From NCBI GenBank assembly GCA_027618255.1, contig JAQCFG010000002.1, forward strand, positions 1 through 61,788: 61,788 nt of DNA, written 5' to 3'. Each line of letters starts with the position of its first letter. Position 1 is the stretch's first letter. The DNA comes from Cyanobacteriota bacterium (GTDB taxonomy: Bacteria > Cyanobacteriota > Vampirovibrionia > LMEP-6097). A program made the position numbers and the translations under genes. Below the pieces are notes generated by a model. That model did not search any database, was not told the DNA's origin, and saw only the letters and a program-made list of their open reading frames with translations. Positions 18,792 to 26,360 of this stretch are shown here, one piece after another.

Positions 18792-18834
18792 GACTTTAGC
18801 GTTATTACCTAGTCCACAAATGGCATTTTCATAA

Positions 18835-18946
18835 TAGACTTACTGCAAAAGTCGGAATTATACTTAAAGCAAACGCAACATTCGTTGCGGTTGCTACCTT
18901 TTTTAAAGCGACATCACTAGCAAAACGGGGTTTTGCAGGATGTCTA
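18835..18946 (-). repeat. family-1b MITE-like element, full length (112 bp)
   Basis: Differs from 13737-13848 only around GGAATTATACTT vs GGAATTCTCCTT. Confidence 0.9.
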
Positions 18947-19162
18947 ATAATATTGTTTTGTTATTTGAGTCTTAACTTAATATTGGTACAAAGTATTTAT
19001 GCACATCGATTCGGGATTTCAGAGTGATGCAGAGGCTGTCGTCAGCTCTGAGAAAAAAGAAACTAAAACAAGTTCATTTAGTGCTGAGCTGCAAGAACTC
19101 AATCGAGAGAGATATATAATCGAGCGCCAGTTGAAAATACAAGAAATGATTTTTAAAGATGA

Positions 19163-19840
19163 TTAACTCACTTGAAGACTCTCAATTAATTGAGGATCTT
19201 CTAATTCAGTAAGCCATTGATAAATTAGTTCGATGCTACCACTGAGCATTGTAGCTATAGTCTCGTGTTCTTTTTTTGGAAAGATACTAAGTACATAGTC
19301 AGCTCTACTTTCACCACCTGGGTCTGGTCCTACACCAGCTTTAAGGCGGTGAAAGTTTTTACCAATACTAGCCATAATATCTTCCACCCCGTGTTGCCCG
19401 CCAGCACCTCTATTGAAAGCCATACGCAGCTTGCCGGTGTCGAGGCTGACATCATCATGAATTACTAGAATGTCTTCAGCTGCGATTTTGTAAAACTTAG
19501 CTAGTTTGGAGACGGCTTTGCCGGAGTTGTTCATGAAGGTAGTCGGTTTCGCTATGATGATTTTGCAGCCTAGCAGCCTAGCTTCATCTTCTGCATTAGC
19601 CCCAGGATCTGGAAGCTTTTCAGCTAGGCTTTTAGTTTTAGGTTTTTTGAGTCTATATTCAACAATCACATCAGCCATCGCCACATCGGCTTCAAACTTT
19701 TTTTCTTTACTAAAACTAAGCCCTCGCTTAAAAGCTAGCTCATCAAGAATTGCAAAACCAATATTGTGCCTAGTCTTGTCGTAGTTCTTTCCTGGGTTGC
19801 CCAGTCCTATTATGAGTTTTGTTTTTTTATCTATCGACAT
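19163..19840 (-). CDS. pth: peptidyl-tRNA hydrolase (with ~30-aa internal insertion)
   Basis: LIIGLGNPGKNYDKTRHNIGF and FMNNSG motifs. Confidence 0.9.
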   Translation of the reverse strand: MSIDKKTKLIIGLGNPGKNYDKTRHNIGFAILDELAFKRGLSFSKEKKFEADVAMADVIVEYRLKKPKTKSLAEKLPDPGANAEDEARLLGCKIIIAKPTTFMNNSGKAVSKLAKFYKIAAEDILVIHDDVSLDTGKLRMAFNRGAGGQHGVEDIMASIGKNFHRLKAGVGPDPGGESRADYVLSIFPKKEHETIATMLSGSIELIYQWLTELEDPQLIESLQVS

Positions 19841-20993
19841 CTGGCAAAATCACATCTAGTGATGAAAATACAGCCACGACATCTGAGATCGGCGTGCCTT
19901 CAGCAAGCTCAGGCAAGTAAGCTGTTGGAAACCAGCTTGGAGAGCGCCATTTGAGTCTGTAAGGTACTTGAGTACCGTCAGCAATTAGATGGACGCCCAT
20001 CTCGCCGCGAGGTGATTCAACAGCCTCATAAGCCTCTCCTGCTGGTGCTTTAAATCCAGGAAGGATTTTTTTAGCTTTGAGTTCTGTTTCAGCTTGTGCG
20101 TGTTCTCCGCCAGGAAGTGCACGGATCTTTTTGATTGCCTGAAGAATGATTTTGCAACTCTCTCTAATTTCTTGCACTCTACATTTATAGCGAGCAAAAA
20201 CATCACCGCGGTCATGAGTGACAACATCAAAATCAAACTCTTCGTATTTAGAATATGGTTTATTGCGGCGCACGTCGTAGTTAACACCAGAAGCACGAAT
20301 ATTAGGACCCGTAAGTCCCCATTCAATTCCTTTCTGCGGCTCGATGACGCCAATACCTTTGGTTCTTACAGCTACAATAGGATTGTTAGTCACAAGATCT
20401 TCGTATTCATCAGTATAGTGAAGTAACTTAGTGTTGATCAATTCTTCAAGTTTGGCGTACCAACCAGTTGGCACATCCATATGTACTCCGCCAATACGCA
20501 TATAGTTAAACATCATTCTTTGTCCAGAGACTTCTTCTAACAGAGAAAGAATTGACTCTCGATCGCGAAAAGCATAAAACGGGAAGCCCATCATCGCACC
20601 AAGGTCAAGCATGAAAATCCCCAAAGACAGTTGGTGAGAGCAAATACGGTTAAGCTCACTCATTAGGATACGTAAGTATTCAGCACGATCCGGGACTTTA
20701 AGATCAGCAAGTTTTTCTACAGCCAGTACATAGGCGTGTGAGTCAGACATTCCAGCAAGATAGTCAACTCTGTCTACCAGCGCTTGGTATTGAACAAAGT
20801 TGCGGTTCTGTGCCAGCCATTCCATACCACGATGCAAGTAACCGATCACTGGCACGCATTTGGTAACAAGCTCACCAGTTGTGGTAATTACCAATCTCAA
20901 AACACCATGTGTTGAAGGGTGTTGAGGCCCCATATTTATAATGAGCTCTTCGGTTTTTAATCCTGTACTAGTATCTTGATCGAGTATCGCCAT
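19827..20993 (-). CDS. nuoD: NADH-quinone oxidoreductase subunit D (NdhH-like), not flanked by other nuo genes
   Basis: NMGPQHPSTHGVLRL, IGYLHRGMEWLA, 49-kDa subunit C-terminus. Confidence 0.9.
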   Translation of the reverse strand: MAILDQDTSTGLKTEELIINMGPQHPSTHGVLRLVITTTGELVTKCVPVIGYLHRGMEWLAQNRNFVQYQALVDRVDYLAGMSDSHAYVLAVEKLADLKVPDRAEYLRILMSELNRICSHQLSLGIFMLDLGAMMGFPFYAFRDRESILSLLEEVSGQRMMFNYMRIGGVHMDVPTGWYAKLEELINTKLLHYTDEYEDLVTNNPIVAVRTKGIGVIEPQKGIEWGLTGPNIRASGVNYDVRRNKPYSKYEEFDFDVVTHDRGDVFARYKCRVQEIRESCKIILQAIKKIRALPGGEHAQAETELKAKKILPGFKAPAGEAYEAVESPRGEMGVHLIADGTQVPYRLKWRSPSWFPTAYLPELAEGTPISDVVAVFSSLDVILPDVDR

Positions 20994-21021
20994 AGCTAGA
21001 TACTATGATACTATTGATTTC

Positions 21022-22071
21022 GTGATTCAAGAAGCTACTACTAACGCAAGAGCAAAGTTAGATAAGACTACTGCCCAGCAGCGTTACCAGCCTTATGAGA
21101 ATTTGGATATTGATCTAATTGCGGCGCCTTGGGGTTTTGGTGGTACTGATAATTTGGCGCAAGAGGGAGCGCATGCACTTTTGGCTGAGCAAGACCTCGT
21201 CAAACAACTTGCTGCAATTGGTGCCAACGCTGTTGAAATTCATCCACCATCACTCGGTCCTTTTGAAATTCAAGAAGAAGCTAATAGAGTGCGCAATCTC
21301 AAGGCGATTCACACAGTTAATAACTGGCTAGCTGACCAAGTTAAGTCATCTCTTAAAGCGGGACATGTGCCGATTACTTTTGGCGGTGATGGTTCACTTT
21401 GTCTTGGTACTGTTGCTGGTCTATTGGAATATTGCATGGAGTCTAACGCGGCAGATGAGACTATTGGAGCTTGCTTCGGGATAATTTGGATTAGTAATCA
21501 CTTGTGCAACAGCTCCCCTCGTGTAACCAAGAGTTGGAATGCCAATCGTATGGTTTTTACTGCTCTAACATTTGATGGTGATCCGAAGCACAATGATTTT
21601 ATTTCTCTGATGACATTCCGCGGGCTTGGCACCAAAACCAAATCAATGATGATGCCAAATCAAATTGTGCATTTTGGTATCAATCACAAATCTGCTCAGG
21701 AAGAAGCTGTTCACGAGTTTTATACCATGGAAGATATTGAAGAGATTGGAGTGCGCAAAGCAATCAACTTTGCAATTGATCATTTCAAAGATTTTGATAA
21801 AGTACATGTGATCCTTGATGTCAACGCATTAGATTTGAGCGCGGTGAGTAATTATTCTTTGGGACAATTGAGTTACCGTGAGGCTATGACCATTGCTCGT
21901 GAGCTTGATCTCAATTTGCGCCGCAAAGGTAAACTAAGTTCAATTGATATTGTCGAGCATTGTCCTAGTCGCGAGGCTTGGGACAAGAAAGGCGAAACTG
22001 CTGAATGGGTTATGGATTTTATAACTAATATTTTTGGTGAGAATATATTTAACGCTGCTAGGAAGTATTAA
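21022..22071 (+). CDS. arginase-fold protein with degenerate metal-binding motifs (probable non-catalytic paralog)
   Basis: GGDGS (for GGDHS), ISNHLCN (for DAHxD), LDVNALD (for DxDxxD); GTG start. Confidence 0.6.
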   Translation: MIQEATTNARAKLDKTTAQQRYQPYENLDIDLIAAPWGFGGTDNLAQEGAHALLAEQDLVKQLAAIGANAVEIHPPSLGPFEIQEEANRVRNLKAIHTVNNWLADQVKSSLKAGHVPITFGGDGSLCLGTVAGLLEYCMESNAADETIGACFGIIWISNHLCNSSPRVTKSWNANRMVFTALTFDGDPKHNDFISLMTFRGLGTKTKSMMMPNQIVHFGINHKSAQEEAVHEFYTMEDIEEIGVRKAINFAIDHFKDFDKVHVILDVNALDLSAVSNYSLGQLSYREAMTIARELDLNLRRKGKLSSIDIVEHCPSREAWDKKGETAEWVMDFITNIFGENIFNAARKY

Positions 22072-22083
22072 AACTTGCTCCTC

Positions 22084-22243
22084 GGAGCTTGTCATCCAGC
22101 CCCACTTTTCAACTAAAAATACTCCAAAATATTAAGAACTCATTTAAGTGGGGCTGAACGCCAAGCTCATAAAATCAATTGCCAACTCCGCTGTGCTCCG
22201 CATGGTAATTGATTTTATTAATATGGGCTGGGTTACACGCTCC
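22084..22243. repeat. structured intergenic element with ~19-nt terminal inverted repeats and two internal hairpins
   Basis: GGAGCTTGTCATCCAGCCCC (22084-22103) vs GGGCTGGGTTACACGCTCC (22225-22243), 16/19 complementary; internal CAGCCCCACTT/AAGTGGGGCTG and AAAATCAATT/AATTGATTTT. Confidence 0.6.
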
Positions 22244-22322
22244 TTGCAGCTCCAATAACAGCGTTGTTCTTCAAGCTCTGGAAACAAATTTGGGTTTGAG
22301 CTAGGTATTTAGTTGATTTTCA

Positions 22323-22904
22323 TTGCTTCTTAACCAAAAGCTAACCTCGCTCTGCTCTAATAGCTACGTGAGCCAAGTAAACCAAAATTCACAACTAAAG
22401 CAACTCAGTTTAGAGGATAAACTGTGCCGTGAAAATCAACTACATAAGCAGTTAGAACCGCTTAAACAGCAGCTTGAAATGGTACGCAAAACAGGCCCTG
22501 TCAACGGTATCTCTGTTGAGAATATCGCAGCTTTAATCGAGACACATCGAGAGCATCTTGGCGACTTGAGATATTTCATTGATGCAGAGATCACACTAGC
22601 TTCAGTAGATGAAATCCCTAATTTGAAATCCAAAGTCGATGACTATTTAGCTAGATATGGCAAGCTTCAAACCAACTCTGAGACGGTATCTCATACTAGA
22701 TTTGATAGTATGTCATCTCGGGAAGCAGTACAAATTAGATTAATACAAGATGCCGTAACCAAGCCTATTTTTTTTGGCAATGGTAAGAAAGACTTTGATT
22801 CATGGGACAAAGGCGGCAAGGGCGAGAGTTATATTCAAAGAACCGAAGACATGAAACAAGGCTTATTCAACTTAATGTCTATTCGTGAACAAAATTTAGC
22901 ATAA
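22323..22904 (+). CDS. hypothetical protein (start uncertain, TTG)
   Basis: 193-aa ORF; no motif recognised. Confidence 0.4.
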   Translation: MLLNQKLTSLCSNSYVSQVNQNSQLKQLSLEDKLCRENQLHKQLEPLKQQLEMVRKTGPVNGISVENIAALIETHREHLGDLRYFIDAEITLASVDEIPNLKSKVDDYLARYGKLQTNSETVSHTRFDSMSSREAVQIRLIQDAVTKPIFFGNGKKDFDSWDKGGKGESYIQRTEDMKQGLFNLMSIREQNLA

Positions 22905-22916
22905 TTATTTCTAACT

Positions 22917-23038
22917 AAATGGAGACCCCGGGTATCGTCATTTTTAATCTTTGATTTCAAAAAACTTTTTAATACAGCCTATAATCACCAAAGAACGAAT
23001 TGATTCTTGAAAAATGGAGATACCCGGGGTCTCCATTT
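22917..23038. repeat. 122-bp element with 20-bp terminal inverted repeats containing CCCGGG
   Basis: AAATGGAGACCCCGGGTATC (22917-22936) vs GATACCCGGGGTCTCCATTT (23019-23038). Confidence 0.9.
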
Positions 23039-23213
23039 TTAATATTGCTTTTTTATTAAAACAAAAGCTTGACTTCTGTCTATACATAATGCTAAGATTC
23101 TATCTTGTAAATACATCTAAATTTTGCTAAGAAATTAGGTGTTTTTACCCAGGTCGTTGTAATATAGATATACGTTACTCAGCATTTATATGCTAAGATG
23201 ATGTAAATCAGTC

Positions 23214-23888
23214 ATGGAGTACCGAGTGAGCACCCCTATAAGCAGCAATTCAGCTATCGATGAGCTTACAACAAGTTCTGCAGTTGGTAGTTTTGGTAAA
23301 GCAAGACTAGACCCACGTGCTGGTGTCGAATCTGTTCGTGCCGGGCAAAAAGCCAGTATTGCAGAAGAATCGCAACAGACTTTGCTTGAACCAGCTATCG
23401 AAGGTGAGGGTGAAATTGAGCTTGAGCTTGACTTACGCAACACCGATGAGTTTGCTCCTTATGACGCTAAGCGCGATAAAGACAAAGACAAAAATCAAGG
23501 TCAGCACAAACGTAGACAACGCCGTATCGGAAAGGCCAAGGGCGCAAACGCTCTTGACGACGAGGATTACGACGAAGAGGATGTGCATGGCTTCCTTGGA
23601 TTTTTAGATCAATTATGGCAACGACTCACGGAATTAGTTGAAGATGTTGCAGAAGAATTTGATAATTGGAACAAATGGTTCAAAAAAGAAAAGGTCAAAC
23701 CACCTGCACCAGACCGTTCTAGAGTTACTTATATCAGAGACGAGTATCAAGCAAATAGAAGTCCTCACCTCTGGAAGTCAGACCCTGACCGCAAGTGGAT
23801 ACTTGCGTTTGGTGCAAACAAGATTAATAATGTAGTCACTTCAATTTTGCATAAGTATCAAAACGAGACTATTTCTAAAGATGCTTAG
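23214..23888 (+). CDS. hypothetical charged protein (224 aa)
   Basis: ATG ORF with acidic and basic low-complexity tracts; no motif. Confidence 0.5.
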   Translation: MEYRVSTPISSNSAIDELTTSSAVGSFGKARLDPRAGVESVRAGQKASIAEESQQTLLEPAIEGEGEIELELDLRNTDEFAPYDAKRDKDKDKNQGQHKRRQRRIGKAKGANALDDEDYDEEDVHGFLGFLDQLWQRLTELVEDVAEEFDNWNKWFKKEKVKPPAPDRSRVTYIRDEYQANRSPHLWKSDPDRKWILAFGANKINNVVTSILHKYQNETISKDA

Positions 23889-23920
23889 TTGAGCCCGTCT
23901 TCGCTGGGCCTACGAGGCGG

Positions 23921-23965
23921 CTAGCCATAATCATATACCCCCGGGGGGTATATGATTATGGCTAG
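23921..23965. repeat. 45-bp perfect palindrome (22-bp arms)
   Basis: CTAGCCATAATCATATACCCCC-G-GGGGGTATATGATTATGGCTAG. Confidence 0.95.
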
Positions 23966-24021
23966 ATTATCGACATTTCTATCAACAATCATGAAGCTAC
24001 TACTATATATAACTGTAAGTC

Positions 24022-24321
24022 ATGACAAACAACACAATTACTAACCTACATAAACAAGCTAAGGAGAACCTATTAAAGAACACCTTAGTACAGGATATCC
24101 GCGCTAGCATCCAGGAGATTGCAAATAAATTGCCTGACCTGATGGGACGCGTGGATATCACTGGGCATTTTAGATTAAAGCAACTCAAACAAACTGCTTT
24201 AAGGCGCATGAACAAAAAGCGCGGCAAATTTAAATTAGCACTCGAGTCTTTGGGCTGGGGTACTCTCGTTGATCTTCTTGAGTCTGCGTTTTGCGGGCAG
24301 GAAGTTGATGTTTGGGTTTAA
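24022..24321 (+). CDS. hypothetical protein (99 aa)
   Basis: ATG ORF; no motif. Confidence 0.4.
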   Translation: MTNNTITNLHKQAKENLLKNTLVQDIRASIQEIANKLPDLMGRVDITGHFRLKQLKQTALRRMNKKRGKFKLALESLGWGTLVDLLESAFCGQEVDVWV

Positions 24322-24342
24322 GTAATCTGCTTGCATAACAAC

Positions 24343-25707
24343 TTACTTCGTAAGTATTTTATTTCTTTTATGCTCTTGTTTCGGTCTTGCAATTGCAAGC
24401 GTGTCTTCAGGCACATCTTTAGTTACAACTGAACCAGCTGCAATTAAACTTCTTTCGCCAATTTTGATCGGTGCAATTAATACTGAGTTGGCACCTGTCG
24501 ACACACCAGCGTTGATAACGGTTTCGTATTTTTCACCAGTACGGTGGTCGTAGTTTGCAATGATAGTCCCTGCGCCTACGTTGACGTCGTTTTTGAGTTT
24601 GGCGTCACCGACATAGCTTAAGTGAGCAGCTGCGCAGTTGTCGCCGATTGCTGAATTTTTGATTTCAACGAAGTTGCCCACTCTTACATTGTCACAGATA
24701 TCAGAGCCGTCACGTATATGTGCAAATGGTCCTACCATTGCGTTTGCACCAATTGTACTTCTTGAAATGTGCGATTGCATTACTTGTGAGTTGTCACCAA
24801 TTTCTGCTGGTCCATAAATACTTGTGTTGGGACCTATTGTGCAGCCTTTGCCGATTACTACTCGTCTTTGTATAAAAGTGTTGGGAAGTATTACCGTATC
24901 TTCACCGATATCAGCATCGGAACTAATAAAAGTCGAAGCTGGATCAACGATGGTGATGCCGTTTTGCATTAAATCGTGGAGAGTTGCTTCGTTTTTGAGT
25001 TTCCAAACAAGCGATAAATCTTCCCTCGTATTTACTCCGAGCACTTCGTATGGATTTTTGAGATTGCATGAGCTAATCTCGTGACCTTGCGAGTCAGCCC
25101 AGCTGATGATATCAGTGAGGTAGTATTCTTCTTGAGCATTATCGTTTTTGAGTTTGTTCAAACCTTCTTCAACGGTGCTCCATTCAAAACAGTAAACTCC
25201 AGCATTAACTTCTTTGATTTGCCTTTCAGCTTCGCTGCAATCCTTATCTTCTTTGATGGCAAGGATGCGTTTGTCTTTGCGAATGACTCTGCCGTATCCA
25301 TCTGGGTGGTTTAGGTGGCAGCTCAGAAAACTTATATCAACAATATTGTCTTGGTGAAATTTGATCATGTCATTGAGGGTTTCTGACCTAATGAGCGGCG
25401 AGTCGCCATTGATGACCAGTACAGTGCCGTCATAGCCTTGAAGTTGTTCTCTGACACACATTAAGGCGTGTCCGGTACCGAGTTGTTCTTCTTGGATCAC
25501 GGTTGAGACTGGGTAGGCATGAAGAAAGCTCTTGACTTCTTCTGCTTGGTGCCCGCAAACCACAATTATTTCTTCACTATCTACTTCTGCTAGGCTTTCC
25601 AAAACCCAAGAAAGTATAGGTTTATCAAAGATTCGGTGCAATACCTTAACTTTGTCTGATTTGAGACGGGTGCCTGTTCCTGCTGCTAATACAACGGTTT
25701 TTACCAT
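24343..25707 (-). CDS. glmU: bifunctional UDP-N-acetylglucosamine pyrophosphorylase / glucosamine-1-phosphate N-acetyltransferase
   Basis: LAAGTGTRLKS N-terminal motif and C-terminal hexapeptide repeats. Confidence 0.95.
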   Translation of the reverse strand: MVKTVVLAAGTGTRLKSDKVKVLHRIFDKPILSWVLESLAEVDSEEIIVVCGHQAEEVKSFLHAYPVSTVIQEEQLGTGHALMCVREQLQGYDGTVLVINGDSPLIRSETLNDMIKFHQDNIVDISFLSCHLNHPDGYGRVIRKDKRILAIKEDKDCSEAERQIKEVNAGVYCFEWSTVEEGLNKLKNDNAQEEYYLTDIISWADSQGHEISSCNLKNPYEVLGVNTREDLSLVWKLKNEATLHDLMQNGITIVDPASTFISSDADIGEDTVILPNTFIQRRVVIGKGCTIGPNTSIYGPAEIGDNSQVMQSHISRSTIGANAMVGPFAHIRDGSDICDNVRVGNFVEIKNSAIGDNCAAAHLSYVGDAKLKNDVNVGAGTIIANYDHRTGEKYETVINAGVSTGANSVLIAPIKIGERSLIAAGSVVTKDVPEDTLAIARPKQEHKRNKILTK

Positions 25708-25738
25708 CTTGCAATATTAGCACGCCTAGTATCACCCC

Positions 25739-25784
25739 AAGCACACCCCGGGTATCACAAATTTGTGATACCCGGGGTGTGCTT
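25739..25784. repeat. 46-bp perfect palindrome sharing ACCCCGGGTATC with 22917-23038
   Basis: AAGCACACCCCGGGTATCACAAA|TTTGTGATACCCGGGGTGTGCTT, followed by TTCTTT. Confidence 0.95.
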
Positions 25785-26037
25785 TTCTTTATAATTTCTT
25801 TATCAAGTAAAGACTAGACACTAGGTTTAGACTCTGTTAGTATGGATAGAACCGACATTCAAGTCCGCATCTTTCCAAGTTTCTGTATCAAACTTGGTTT
25901 CTGGAAGCAATTACGTTTCCTAGAGTAAAAATTTTATTCGACAATTCAACCCGTTGATACGCTAGCAAGTCTTGCGTCAGATTTATTCTGGCGCAGAGGC
26001 TTGATTTCTACGAGATTGAATCATGAATAATCAGTAA

Positions 26038-26150
26038 TAGACCTGTTTCGAAACAAAGTTTCGATGTACAGGTCGATCAAAAAAAGGTAGCAACCGCAAG
26101 GAACGTGCGTGTTGCCTTTGGAGATAGTTTAGGCTTCCAAAACAAGTCTA
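26038..26150 (+). repeat. family-1a MITE-like three-hairpin element, full length (113 bp)
   Basis: Same length and architecture as 39591-39703; TAGACCTGTTTCGAAAC...TTCCAAAACAAGTCTA. Confidence 0.9.
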
Positions 26151-26187
26151 ATATTTATCTGAGGGGATAAGGAAGGAAAGAAGAGAT

Positions 26188-26355
26188 ATGGGCATGGCAA
26201 CATTATTATTAACATCAGCAACATTATTAAGTGGTCTTGCGACAGCAGCGCAAATGCCTGGACGTTGTGAAGATACTTCTTCTTCTGTTGTTGGACGTGC
26301 TACTAGAGGAAATTTTAGTTCAAGAGATATGGGAGTATCTTTAGCTAAGAAATAA
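26188..26355 (+). CDS. possible small membrane/secreted peptide (55 aa), below ORF-track cutoff
   Basis: ATG preceded by purine-rich GGAAGGAAAGAAGAG; hydrophobic N-terminus MGMATLLLTSATLLSGLATAA. Confidence 0.3.
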   Translation: MGMATLLLTSATLLSGLATAAQMPGRCEDTSSSVVGRATRGNFSSRDMGVSLAKK

Positions 26356-26360
26356 GCTGC

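Noticed and set aside
25739-25784. Perfect hairpin plus T-rich tail as a simple intrinsic terminator
   Set aside because: No plus-strand gene ends upstream of it, since glmU is on the minus strand and starts at 25707. On the minus strand it lacks a U-run. It is kept as a repeat finding instead.
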